From Eledone cirrhosa (taxonomy: Eukaryota), in NCBI GenBank assembly GCA_964016885.1, contig OZ024743.1:8618001-8682000 (forward strand): DNA of 64,000 nucleotides, written 5' to 3'. Shown piece after piece: positions 38,751-52,322 of the stretch. The stretch's first letter is position 1. The number at the start of each line of letters is the position of its first letter. The translations under genes were made by a program, and so were the position numbers. The notes under the pieces were generated by a model, which did no database searches, was not told the DNA's origin, and saw only the letters and a program-made list of their open reading frames with translations.

Positions 38751-39256
38751 TAAATATCTAGCTTTGTTCCATGAAAATCAAATTTGCCTCCATGATCAAC
38801 AAAAGTACTGAAATGAGTCAATTTTAGTTGCTACTTGTTGCTCAAATTTGGAGGTGGAATGATCTCCATTTCAACAAGTGCTCCAGTTATTTGATCAATG
38901 GAACAGTCTGTTTACAAATCTAACATTTAAGTAGCTAGCTGGGCATTACATAGACATATGTAACCTTAATGTAAGTTCAGCTTGACAGTGTGTGACAAGG
39001 TTAGCCTTTTGAATTACAAATATGGTCCAACTAATAAGCTTTCAAACAATTTCCATCTACCTAAATTTACTCACAAAGCAATAGGTTGACCCAGGGCTAT
39101 GGTAAATGACACTTGCTCAAGCAAGATGCCACACACTGAGATTGAACTCAGGATTTAATGACTGCAGAATAGTAAAAATGTCCTGTCTAATTAAAACTGT
39201 GTTATATCACATTGCTTATTCTCTTCAGCAAATCATGGTCACCATATACCTCACTC

Positions 39257-39461
39257 TTGACCCTTTAGCAGTTGCATTACTCTCTATTTACTATTGTATT
39301 TTCGCAGTAAGTGCTCTATCTTACATAATTATCTCATAATACTATTTATTTTGAGAACAATACCTTAACATCAGTATGAGTGGCTGGTTACAGCCAGTTT
39401 GAACAGACAGAGGTGAGAGAATTCTGGCCGGATATGGCCAGTTTAAATGCTAAAGGGTTAA
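39257..39461. mobile_element. piggyBac-type MITE, family A (opposite orientation)
   Basis: Reverse complement of the 398-619 type. Ends gctaaagggttaa. Confidence 0.78.
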
Positions 39462-41204
39462 ATAGCTCAAGAATTATGTAAAAATGAATAAATAAACAAA
39501 ATAATTGTTCATTGCATTTTCCTGTATTGGTGGAAATTGGATTGTTTTGAAAATTTGGATATTTACATATGAATCAAAACATTTTTTATAGTTGAGTATC
39601 TTTTCCAACACTTCGTGTTCAACCAAGAAGTAAAAATAATAGCTATTTTCTGACAGCCTAACCAAACAAATGTGTTCTGCCTAGAAACACAGCACAGTGG
39701 TTATATTAAATAAAACAGATCACAAAATAATTCAACAATATAGAACCAGACACAACTAAGTTCAATTCAATATTTTAGATGAAATATTTCAGATGAAATA
39801 TTTCACAAAACAATATAAAATTTATTGAACAAAACAGTCCTGCTTTATTAATACTTTACATACTTAGTTTTTATACTTTATGAGATTTCACCCATCAGTA
39901 TTTTTTTAATTCTGAACACCATATCTATTTCCATCTAATAACAGAAATTAATATCCTACAGACTTTCCTATGAGACCATTTAGAATTGATATATAATATC
40001 CAGTGAATAGTACTTATTGAAAAGTTTTAGAAAATATTCAGCAGGCAGACCTTTTCCAAATTCCTAAATAGTGAAAAAAGTAAAAGATATGTCAGAAAGC
40101 CTTATCAAAGCTGGAAAGTATCTATTGCTTGAAATATCTCAGCTGAATTACACACAGCTAAACTCAATGCTGTAGTGGTACTTACACTAAAATTGGTATA
40201 TATCAAATTGTAAATCGTAACATCTGGTACTAAGTTTATGCAATCAGAGATATAATGAACAAATAAAAAAATATTTTAAAAGTAAAATAAAAATCACAGG
40301 ATTTAAAATAGATAAGATAAAATTCCTAATGACCAAAAACAAAATAATAATAATACATTGCTTCATGTGTTCAGTGGTGGTGGTGGTTGTGTGTGCACAT
40401 GTGTGTATGTGTGTGCATGTACATGCGTGTGTGAATAAGTATCCTGACAGATGCAATTTTATACTAGAACATCTATGTTACTGTGAGCCACAAACAGTTA
40501 AAAATTCTCAAAGAGCAAAGTATCATTGCCAAAACAAACTGCTTAAGACTATGAAGTTATCACTAATGTAGCAGTCAGTAGTAGTAGCAGTTCTCAAACA
40601 CTTATTTGTTGTTTTTAATCTAAATATTTCAATTTTGTTTTTGACAGCAGCCCCTAAACTTCTGAGAGCGTATAGAAAATGGATGGTTGAAATAGAAAAA
40701 AAAAAAAATAATAGTGAGTTTCCAAAATATAAGCATTTGAAGTATTTCTCTGTATGATGTGGAGGTGGAAAGTAGGTGGATACTGTACAGCTGAAAACTC
40801 AATAACATAGTTTGTGTAAATAGCACATTTCCTGAGGCTATGCTGCTAACCACTAAAAGGTTAGATGGTATACATATTCTGAACAATTGACATGAAATAG
40901 AAACTGACTAGAAACTATTCCAGTTGGTCAAATGAAAGAATTTCAATAAATTGAATATTTAAAAATAGATAACCTTATTTAGGAAAGTCTGTTTTCAGAG
41001 ATGTTATAAACAAAAAGATAAGATTTTTAGAAATAATACAAAGCACATAAAACAAAAGAGAATTTTTAGAATTATAAATTTATGGTAAGATTCAAAGTAT
41101 CTGAATAATTATATATTTACTTAGCACAGATTTTATATTATTCCCAATATTCAAAACTGGTGTGTGTATGGGGGGAGGGGGGGTCTGTGTGTGTAAATGG
41201 AAGC

Positions 41205-41519
41205 AAGAGGCTTAGTGGTTAAGGTGGTCAGCTCATGATTGTGAGGTCGTGGAACTCGATTCCTGGACTGGGCAGCACGCTGTGTCCTTGAGCATGTCGC
41301 TTTATTTCACATTGCTCCAGTTCATTCAGCTAGCAAAAAGGAGTTGCACCTGTAATTCAAGGGGTCAGCCATTGTGTCATGCTGAACCTCCTTGATAAAT
41401 ATGTTAAGGGCCCACATGTCAGTGGAATGCTCAGCCACAGACATTAATTTTATGAGCAGACATTGATGATTGAATCAAGTGGAGCACTCATTGTGGGAAA
41501 TGATGGAGGTCCAACACAA

Positions 41520-41520
<1 letters not shown>
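41205..41520 (+). mobile_element. tRNA-headed SINE with a different 3' region, ending at a (TG)n tract
   Basis: Same head and core as 38413 but the 3' half resembles 10420-10590. Confidence 0.65.
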
Positions 41521-41522
<2 letters not shown>

Positions 41523-41576
<54 letters not shown>

Positions 41577-41655
41577 TGTGAGTGTGTGTGTGTGTGTGTG
41601 AGTGTGAGTGTGTGTGTGTGTGTGTGTGAGTGTGTGTGTGTGTGAATGTGTGTGC
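41523..41655. repeat. (TG)n microsatellite
   Basis: Read directly. Confidence 0.97.
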
Positions 41656-42352
41656 GCATATTGTAGCAGATAAGGACAATAACTAAAATTGCAAATAGGA
41701 CTTCTTTAGAAGAAATTGAATTTTGTAAGATTAATAAAAACATTTTGTTTTTAAACAAAGAAAAAAAGTTGAATATTTTATAAAATCCATTTTAAAAAAT
41801 GCTTATCTTAAAATTATTTATAAATTCAAATAATAGTAATAACTATCTTACTATGTATGTTAAAAATTCTTTCAAAATGTAATCTATATAATAAAAGATT
41901 TCTACCAAATATTGAAAGAAAAAAAAAAAAAAAACTAATTTTATCTTAATGAACTGACTATAAATCTGGCAAGTGGTCTAGCAAGTAATATATTCATTAA
42001 AATAATTTTAGATAAATTATTCAAAACAAAAAGAAAAGAACAATCCAGCTGGTATGTAGTGAATATTTACAACACATTCCTTTTTAAGAACAACCACCAC
42101 ACAAAATCCCATCAGCAGTTATTAAAACTGACATTTCCATTTTCAAAAGAATTTTTTTACATTGATAAGTAAAGCCATAGGCACTCCTCGGCAGAGAGAG
42201 GGTCCCACCCAAATGCGTAGAGCAAGAGAGTATGTTAAAATATAAGCAAAATACAAATTACAAATATATAAAAATATAGAGTTAATAAGTACTGACAACT
42301 TCTAACATAAAGGACAATTGTAATAAAAGGTAGATAAAAACGAAATGCATAC

Positions 42353-42401
42353 CACCAGAAGAATAGTGCAGCTGGCGTACTCCATCATTTCGATAATCCA
42401 T
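42353..42401 (-). CDS. Candidate upstream Rap1 coding exon (MDYRNDGVRQLHYSSG+G)
   Basis: AAAC-ATG-G start context. 49 nt open reading to donor GTG|gtatgc. Phase 1 joins in frame to the acceptor at 34235. Confidence 0.45.
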
Positions 42402-45384
42402 GTTTTACATATACTAAACACTCTAACAGGTGCCTCTGTCTCCCCTTCCTCTAACTTCACAAGTTAAAGCAGCTCTGTTCCGTTCCGTTAGACAACAGTG
42501 ATGAAAATATGATAAATATCATAGAACAGAGTAAACATTTTTTTTTATATAATTCCTTTCAGGGAATCCCCAAAAAATATTTTGCAACGTAATCCTTAGT
42601 GGTTAGTTTCATTACATAACAAATGTAATTCCAAGAAAATTCAGGTGCTGTTAGGCTGAGATAAAAAGTTCTGTGACCAGTTGTATAACATAGCCAACTA
42701 TGGTAGTATACTGATGGACTGCTGAGAATGGGAAGGGAAGAGAACTCCAACACTATCTTACATCATTAGCATAGTAGATTTATCTCACATCCCTACATCA
42801 CAAGGATCTAATGCGTAGACATTAACTACTTAATGACAGGTGGGATGTATGACCCAATTCTGGAACTATTTTCTGTAATTCTTTGCTACAAGCATCAAAA
42901 TGATAACCAAAATCAGATAACAACTCACTTACAAATGTACAAGATAAAAAGTACAAACAAGTATCAGATGGTGTAATAAGAATAATAAAAGTAAGAACAC
43001 TAAGCGAAAAGGAGGGGAGAGAGTTTAATTTGATAAAAAGAATTTAATGAAATGCTTCTAGCTTCATAAATATGTATTTTTAGCAAGATAGTTTATAAGA
43101 GATTAAATCTCAACAAAAAGTAAGTTAACTGTATAGTTAAAATAGGTTGCTTAAGGGTGGGGCACTATAAACTAACATATACTTCCACCAACCAGTAAAG
43201 ATATCTAAGTGAAAATAGTCAAAACGGAATGGCAGAAAAAGTAAAATAATGCCACAATTGTTTACTGAAGATGTATGAAGATTCAAATTAAATGGGAAAC
43301 AGATGTAAACTTAGCCAATTTTATATTTTTTAGTAATAAAAAAAAAAAACTTTCAAAAACTATATATATTTGTTAATGCAGTACAAAAGACTAAAAATTT
43401 AAAACACTAAAAATAAAAGTTATCAGGAAGATATATAAAACAGTTAGTCCATAGTGAAAAACAAACAAATTGTAAACTGATTTTATAGGAAATCTGCTCA
43501 GTAAAAAATTAACTTGAAAGAATGACAAAAGAAAAATGAAGTATTATAGCTTTAAAATTGCTATACCAGATTAATATATAGTTAAAATATATGAACAGAA
43601 AAAATATTTTTCATTTCATGCTTTTGCTTTAAGCAGAATCTAGTAAGTACCATTTCCTTTAAAACAGGATTACAAAATCCCAAACAGTCAAGTTTACAAA
43701 GAGAAAAATGCCAGCATAAGCAGAAAGTTTAGACTTTGCGTTAGAAACTATTTAAGATAACAGGTGGGCAGTTCATGAGAACAAATAATTCAGCAACGAT
43801 ACTATGAAAAAGTTACTAACATGGATCTTCAGTTGTATGTGTGTATACAAAGAATTCCACTGACTAAAATATATGGAGGAAGATTCACTATAGCCACCTA
43901 ATAAATTCATTAATCCAAATACATCTTATTTATTCCAACATTCCTTTAAATTTCATCCGAAGTTAAAGTGTATAAAAATATATATGTATTTGAATAATCA
44001 TTTAGAATAAATATTTTTTTCAGTAGGATAACATTCCTAGGCCACATTTCTATAAAGAACTGAGTTTACTACTTATTTTCTGCCTAGCTAGATTTTGATA
44101 AGTAAGGTCATTTTATTTGTGCTGCTATTTTGTAATTTTAATCAGCACTAGCTCTAGCACAGGGTGTGATAAGGAACTTATACTGGTGAATTATAGACAT
44201 TTACTTTATTGACTATAAAGAACTGAAAGTCAACCTCAACAAGATTTAAACTCAAAATTATATGCTACCAAACCATATGAAATTACACAACCTCTAGCAG
44301 ATCTTTACCAATTAATCAACTTTCAATTTCAACTTATTGTTAGATTAGCTTTCCTATTTGATATCATATCAAAGGGATTAAGATTCAAAGAATGTAAATG
44401 CAGCACTTGGAAGAAGAATTAGCCAATACCTTAGCAATTAGGTGATTTATATAGGTAGAAGGGACATTGTTAGTGAAGGTCTGTAGCATAGATCATAATG
44501 TTATAGGTTTGATTCTTGGACAGGGCAGCGTATTGTATTCTTGAACAAGGTACTTCATTTCATGTTGCTCTAGTCCACTCAGCTGGAAAAAAAGAATGAG
44601 TACCACCAGCATCTTTTTAACCCCTCTAACTGACTCGCATAGAGTCCAGAAGCAATCTTTTCAAGATAGGAAAGAAGCCTCTATCATTGAAACATCTGAG
44701 AAACCTATGAGATGTTAAGTTTTTTGCAATAGTATAATTGGTACTATGCAGCATTGTTTCATCTGTGAAGCTTAACATTAAATCTTATCTATCACATTGT
44801 TTTTATTACTAAAATTGAATGACTTTAACAAAAGAACAATGAAAGCAATATTTGTGACCTTTTTTAAATTTTAGAGTGCTTGTGTGGGGAGAGAGAGGAC
44901 AAAAGTATGGCTTAGTGGTTGAGAGGTCCACTTTGCAACGAGGCCCTCAGTTTAATCTCACTGCATGATAGTTTAGCCAAGTGTCTTTTACCATAGATAG
45001 ACATGAGTGGAATTGAAGCCATGTGACTGAAATTTAGTAAATGGAAACTTATTGAATAGACTGCACTGGTAATTAACAGGGCCCTAATTTGAACATAGAA
45101 TGTAAACAGATTTAAAATCATATTACGAAACAGTATATTACTCCACCTCTGCCAGCAAACGTACCGTCCTCAATATTCAACACTTTGGTTGATTGGCTAT
45201 AAGAAAATAATTATGCTGGACATATTTGTTTTGAAATAATAAATAAAAGTGATAGATTTTTTTAAATGTATAACTAAATTAAATATCAGCATGAATATAC
45301 AGCTTGCAAATCTGGTATTTATCTTTGGTTTGAAGTGATAAAGACCATGTTTATTTATTATTTAAATACAAGAGGTGATAAAAA

Positions 45385-45790
45385 CTGACATCTCTCTAAG
45401 ACAATGACACTGGATCGAGACCTTTGGTGCCATGCAATTGTACAGAAGACCTGACTGCCATTGCATACAAACCTACAGTCAGTAGGCACCTCTTAACCCA
45501 ATGTACACCCCACCCCTACACCTCTACCTCATCTTGCCTCTCCCGATCCGTCCACTGTGACGATGATACAACAGTCCACACTGTGAGGTGGCCGTGGAGG
45601 AGACACGGTGAAAAGGCTCCCAGTCCACACTGTAAATGTGGTTGGCGTTAGGAAGGGCATCCAGCTGTAAAAAACCTGCCAGAGACGCTTCCGTGCGAGC
45701 GAAACATGGTCTCCCGACCATTCCCGCATCAAATGGAACAAAACCGTCTAACCCATGCTAGCGTGGAAGATGGACGTTAAACAATGATTT
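45385..45790 (+). mobile_element. RTE 3' fragment
   Basis: Colinear with 3120-3570. Confidence 0.8.
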
Positions 45791-47133
45791 GCTAAAAGGA
45801 AACTAAAAATGAACAATAAGGCACTTCAAAATACACAATGAGATAAAAGCTATATCTTATTGGTTTGCAACTTTAATCACATTTCCTTCCATAAATCATT
45901 AATTCCAAATATTAAATATGTGAATAACATTTTTTCTGAGTGGTGTGCTTATAATAAGGGAATGTCACCGAAATTGAAGGAAAAGGTATGTTGCATGTGT
46001 GAGATGTATTATGATTTTTGGAGTGATACATAGTAGAGCAGCAAAGAAAGTTGGAAAATATGGAAAAGAGACTAGTTTATAAATACAAATATTGAATTGT
46101 GGAAGAGGATGAGAATAAAGCCAGTGATGAATGTTGTGAAGAGAAATAAAAATCAAGATAATTTTTTTAAATAATTTTTTTCATATTCATATATTATCTA
46201 GTTTGAAATGTAGTACAAGAAATGATTTTGAGTTTTTTGAAGCAGTTATTCTTTTAATATATATAGAAAGTGATGGTGTCACAATAAAATGCACTTAGTA
46301 CACTCTGTAAAGTGGTAGTGCTGGTGCCATGATAAAATGCACTCCGTCTACTCTAAAAAGGTACTACTAGTAGCATAATAAAATGCATCCAGTACATGCT
46401 GGTTGGAATTAGGAAAGGCATTTAGCCATAGAAGTAATGTTAAAATGGAATGTATGAGCAAGACAGGGTCATTTGTCCTGTGTAGTCTCACAACAATCCA
46501 CCACACCCATGCAGCATGGAAAATGAATGTAATACAATGATGATTATCATGATGAAATATCTAATAATTGTTTCTACTTTTGGCACAAGGCCAGCAATTA
46601 CCCAGTGCATTACTGGTACTTTATTTTATCGACCCCATAAGGATGAAAGGCAAAGTTAATGATGGTCACTTAGCACAATTAAGTTTGATTGGAAACAAAA
46701 ATAAATTCAGTTCAGGAAAAAATATATAAACTAAGATATTCTTTTAACTGTGTCTAAACAAAAAACACACAAATTCTAGGAATAAAATAATGGCCAGACA
46801 CCAGAAGTGTCCAATAAATATTTGACTAACATATCTACCCAAATTAAATACCACAAGATTGTCAGACAAAAATAAATCTAATATTTCTCATCTCCAGAAT
46901 TCCAGCTATCTCAGCATTGATAATGTAGTAAGTATCTCTTTACAAAAATAGTCTATAGCCAAAAATAAAATGAATAACCTTTATCAAAAAGCTGCTGTTT
47001 CTCGTCACTACTTATAGACATCTTCAAGTTAGATATACTGAGAATCTAAGTAATTTTTTTTTATGATCAACTAGTTAAATTTGGTTATAGATGGGACAAA
47101 GAGAAAACTTCAGTTTAATTGTGTGTGTAGCAC

Positions 47134-47312
47134 TTAACCCTTTAGCATTTACATTACATATTTACTATTGTATTTTCATGGTAAACACTTTACCTCACAT
47201 AATTATCCCACACAATATTGAATCTACAGAATTTTGATATTTATTTTGAGAACAATACCTTAAAATAAGTATGAGCAACAGGTTACGTTCGGTTTAAATG
47301 CTAAAGAGTTAA
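47134..47312. mobile_element. piggyBac-type MITE, family A, internally deleted
   Basis: TTAA-CCCTTTAGCATTTA ... TAAATGCTAAAGAG-TTAA. Confidence 0.8.
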
Positions 47313-48050
47313 ATTCCACTGGCTTAACGCATATGACACCTGTCATATTCCCTATTTACAAGACTGCTTATTTTAAAGTGTTTATCATTATTTAATGTTT
47401 TCCCTGTTAGCAAGAGTTGGTGTTTATATTTATTTAAAAACCTATTATAATGTTATGTAAGGGGCTTTGTTAAGCTCATGAGAAAGTTGGTAATATTATT
47501 AAATCCTTTCAAATTCTTTATTATTTTCAAAATTATTTAAAAATCATAGGCAGTGTATTTCATAAGAAGTATAGTAATAAAAGGTACTGTAACATGAAGT
47601 TATGAATTATAAGATATAAATAATCAACTCTCTGCTGCAAAATGATTCACTGAAACAACAAACAGCAATGCTGAATATGTATTTTTTTAAATTCCCTTTT
47701 CAACCATTATCTATTATACTTACACACAACCACACAGATAAAAATTCCAGCAGGAAGGAATAAAAAGAGCACTCAAATTCTAATGCAATTGAAAAGTATA
47801 TCCCCACAGTTGCTAATCATATTTCAAACACAAAATTCTGTCAAAACAATTAATAGTATTTTAAATATACAGTATATAGTTATTACTGAAGTTACTCTAT
47901 CTTAAAAGCAAGATATATGCTTTAAATAACTGTGGCACTCAGAAAATTAACAAAAAACAAAATATTCTTCAGTTATAATCTAGTTACATCCAATGGATAA
48001 GAAGGAGACAAGCTAAAAAGAAGACCTGCTTAACATTACAATGAGCGCGC

Positions 48051-48091
48051 GAGTGAGTGAGTGAGTGAGTGAGTGAGTGAGTGAGTGAGTG
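48051..48091. repeat. (GAGT)n microsatellite
   Basis: Read directly. Confidence 0.95.
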
Positions 48092-48315
48092 TAATGGACT
48101 TTTCTAGATTGTTAGTAAACATATAATAGCCATTAAATACTTGGTGAAGAAAAGATACAATGGAATGTTATCATTACTGCAAGTTGTAAATATAAAAATG
48201 ACAGTTCAGTGGTTTGGAGTTTGTCATTTACACTGACGATAAGGATGTTTCTAAAACACAAGCAGAGATTTTCAAAGGGAGATAAACAGTGTAAAGCCTT
48301 GTGATTTCAGTTTAA

Positions 48316-49197
48316 ATAATAATAATGAAATTATTGTGTACAGTGCTCAGGTGCACTACAACTCATCAAAGGTGCATGTATAGTACATAGAATAATGTAC
48401 AAATGTCAGGAAAATAAACAGTGTATGAGTCATGATATAATAACAATAACAATAATGAAATATTGTGCACAGTGCCCAGGTGCACCACAACCCATCAAAA
48501 AAGTGCATGTACAGTACATAGGGCAATGCACAAACATCAGTAAAATGAACAGTGCACACATGTGTGCATGTGTATGGAAGGGGCACATCAGGTGTAGTTT
48601 TGGCGTATTTCGGGAAGCATGAGTGTCTTAAAGGATGCAGTGTCTCAGCAGCTAACAATTGACGCAGGCAGTTTGTTCCATGTTTCAGCAACTCTGAGCG
48701 TGAAAAAATGTCTGCGAAAGTCATGGGAGCTGTGCTGTTTTCTTATCTTGTAGGCATGTCCACGTGTGTTAGATACATGGAGATCAAAGAGGCACTCAGG
48801 GTTGCAGTTGGCGAGATGGTTAAAAACTTTGTGGGTATTCACCAAGTCCACTGCCAGACGTCGGAGCTTCAATGAATCCATGCCCAGGGAAGCAAGGCGT
48901 TCAGAGTATGGTAGGTGTCTGATGGAGGGTATGCGCTTGGTTGCACGTCTCTGAACAGTTTCCAGGAGGTCAATGTTCCGAGCAAGATAGGGGTTCCAGA
49001 CTGATGATGCGAATTCCAAGTGTGGTCGCACCATAGCTGTATACAGTTTTAAATAGATGGCTGGAGAGCGGCTAACAAAGGTCTTGCTGAGTGATGCCAA
49101 GACACCCTCGGCCTTCTTGACAATCTTAGAGACATGCTTTGTCCAACGCAAATCGTTGCTGACAGTAATGCCCAGGTCACGTTCACAAGAGGACTTT
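48316..49197 (-). mobile_element. 5'-truncated CR1-group LINE with two tandem 3' ends
   Basis: The 168-aa ORF 48645-49151 matches the C-terminus of 36409-38395. The 3' terminus is present twice. Confidence 0.9.
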
Positions 49198-49521
49198 AGA
49201 AAAACAAATAACTGGTTTGTGGTGTTAAACTAATTAATAGTATTTATTGATAATTATAATGCTATGGATTCTGATCTTTACAGCACAATATTCATCTACA
49301 TTAATTAAATTAGTAAAGGGAATGTTAAGATTCATTATAATTCTACGATTAAATATAATCCTTTTCCAATAATGATTATCAACATGTGAGTAAATTCCAT
49401 CATCACTTTATTAATACAGTTTCTCTTTAGCCATTTCACACATAATACCATCCTAAAAAAAGAAATGAATCTATTTATTGACAAAATAATCCTGCAGGCT
49501 CAGCACCCCAAAAAAGATAAT

Positions 49522-50172
49522 TCATCATCATCATCATCATCATCAACGTTTAACGTCCGTGTTCCACGCTTGCATGGGTTTGGACGGGGGTAGTCCCACT
49601 TGAGGCAAGAGTGATTGTCTTGCTCGCATAGGACTGTCTGGCAGGTTTTCTACAGTTGGATGCCCTTCCTAACACCAACCACATTTACAGTGTGGGTCTG
49701 GGAGGTTTTTACCGTGTTGCCTACACGGCCACATTACAGCGTGGACTGTGTGTTTTTTTGTCGTGACACCTACACGATCTCATTTGTTTCGGCCTGGATG
49801 GCGCGGCACCAACATAACTTTACATAGAACGGGGTGGTGTGGATGGGGTGGGGGTGGCGGCGGGAGGGGTGTATTTTGTTAGATATGCCTACTGGCAAGG
49901 CGGGTCTTCTCTGTTACTGAGTACCGCCAAAGGTCACGGTCCAGTGATATTGTCTTGGAGAGGTGTAAGTGTGTGAGGTCGGAGTTTATCAGCTCATCCC
50001 ATGTTTTTCTAGGTCTGCCTATTCCGTGGCTACCGTCTATCTTTATTGCCCTGCACTTTGTAATACAGCTATCGACTTTCATGCGCATCACGTGTCCATA
50101 CCAACGCAGCCTTCTCTCGAGTAAACAACATCTGATCCCTCTTATCTCTAATTTTTTCCTTAGTTCGTTTAT
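49522..50172 (-). mobile_element. RTE 3' fragment, very close to the 2915-3584 copy
   Basis: Near-identical 3'UTR and C-terminal coding sequence in reverse orientation. Confidence 0.92.
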
Positions 50173-51475
50173 ATAAAATAAAATTTGAAAATCAAAAAAC
50201 TTGCAATTTTAGGGAATTTTAGACATAGCAAATGACCAAGGTTAAGGATTGCAATTAATTATATATCGTCCAACCCATGCCAGCATGGAAAATGGATAGA
50301 AAATGATGACAATGATATATTTCTCACACATATACACACACACACAATTAAAAGCAAGTAAATGAATATCTCACACTGGTTTCAACAATGAGTATTCCAG
50401 CTGTTTAATCAATAGAACAACATACTCATTTAAGAGCTGAGTATTCATCCCACATTCATTTGATACAGATATTCTTAATATATTCCATAGGAGGAATATG
50501 TATGACAAGGTTGACTTTTTGAATTTCGAATACAATCCATCCAACAAGCTTCCAAATTCAATCAATAAGGCTTGGGTTGACTAGGTTTTTATTTCTATTT
50601 TATATATTGAAATAGACAGTTATGTTTTCATTGGGCCAATCATAAATTTAACTGCATTTTCAATGGCAAGAGTGACAATTTAAACAGAAATATCCCAAGA
50701 GATTTTCTTTCGTATATTGACGCTTTTCACCAATATACACCATCAAAAGATATACACTTACATTTTTAATATATATCATCATCATTATTTTAGTGTCCAC
50801 TCAACTATGCTGGCATGGGTTGAATGGTGGACTTTTACATAGATTCCGTCTACTAAATTCTACTTACAACCTGAATCTATGGTAGAAGACATGCCTTAGG
50901 AAGGATGTATGAGAGAAGTGAATTCTTAACCACAGTCAGACCAAGGTGGCAAGCAGTGAAATCGAAGAGAGATAAAATAGAATCCTATGTAGTTACTCAA
51001 TTAGCTAGAAAAAGTAGCAAGCACTTCCTCAAATTGCCTAGAAGTCTTTAAAAAAAAATGAAAGAACACATTGAATAATGTAATCCTGAGTACACTATGT
51101 ATGAAAAATTATAGAATGGACATGGCTGGAACACCTCCAGTCATGCCTAATCATCAAGTTAAGTTTTAAACTAATCAACACTAGGGACACACACAATAGC
51201 TTTCATTAATTTAAACAAACAAAGATTCTAGTTTAATTAAACAACTACCTACCAATTAAAGTATATAGTAAGTGGCTAAATATTCCACTATTAACATATA
51301 TAATTAGAATCAGTATGATGCAGTGACATGTTTGAAACCTTGAATCACATGTACAACTCCCTAAATGAGCTTTTGGTTGATCCCATAGCTTCTGCTAGAA
51401 GACACTTGCTCAAAGTGACGTACAATAGGAACACACCTAGAGCATTGTGTTTATGAACCAAACATATTTAACCAC

Positions 51476-51570
51476 ATGCATATACATGTGTGTGTATACA
51501 TGCATATACATGTGTGTGTATACATGCATATACACGTGTGTGTATACATGCATATACACGTGTGTGTATA
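51476..51570. repeat. 24-bp purine-pyrimidine minisatellite, about 4 copies
   Basis: Unit catgcatatacaYgtgtgtgtata. Confidence 0.9.
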
Positions 51571-51637
51571 CAAACATAAGCCTAAAGATCATTGTAAAAA
51601 AATATTTGTAACCGACCATACTGACACGTGGTATGTC

Positions 51638-51736
51638 TACAACTTTGCCTTTCATCCTTATGGGGTCAATAAAATAAAGTACCAGTAATACACTGGGCAA
51701 TTGCTGGCCTTGTGCCAAAAGTAGAAACAATTATTA
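51638..51736 (+). mobile_element. Nin/Deu-core SINE 3' fragment
   Basis: gcctttcatccttatggggtcaataaaataaagtacc...agtagaaacaattatt. Confidence 0.8.
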
Positions 51737-52129
51737 TATATATTATACATTAGTGAAAACTTGCACTTGTTTAGTCAACCTGTACACTATTTCTTAAAAT
51801 TATCTATTAACCAAGTTTACTCTGAAGTTAATTTCTATCATCCTTTTTACACAAATAAAATTCTATAATCAGTTATGTATTGTATTCTAATATTAAAAAT
51901 ATATGGAAATCTATTGAAAAAAAAAAAAGAGGTAAAAATTAGCAGTGAAACCGAGTTTAAGAGTTAACATAATAGTGGTGGGAATAAAGTTTTAACCCTT
52001 AATCAGTAGTTCATAGCAGGTATGTCCATCAAAATAATATGGAGCAAAAATTACTTCACAAACTCCTTTGTAGAAACATAAGTTGTATATCCAAGTTTCC
52101 TTTCAGCTAGTATGTTTCTACAGTTAACC

Positions 52130-52322
52130 ATAATGGTTTCTGATATGAGGGAAGGGGAATATCGATTAAATCGACCCCGACCCTTGCGTTACTGGTGCTT
52201 TATTTGTAAGGATGAAAGGCAAAGCTAACCTCGGCGGGATTTGAACTCAGAAAGTAAAGGGTCGTAACTATATGCTGCAAAGCATGTTGTCCGACACACT
52301 ACCGTTACTGCCAATCCACCGT
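52130..52322 (-). mobile_element. Nin/Deu-core SINE variant
   Basis: tRNA-like head and core, with an extra tcgattaaatcga segment also seen at 57260-57290. Confidence 0.78.

Noticed and set aside
41450-41758. His-Thr and Cys-Val repeat ORFs
   Set aside because: Artefacts of the (TG)n microsatellite. The same applies to 51437-51730.
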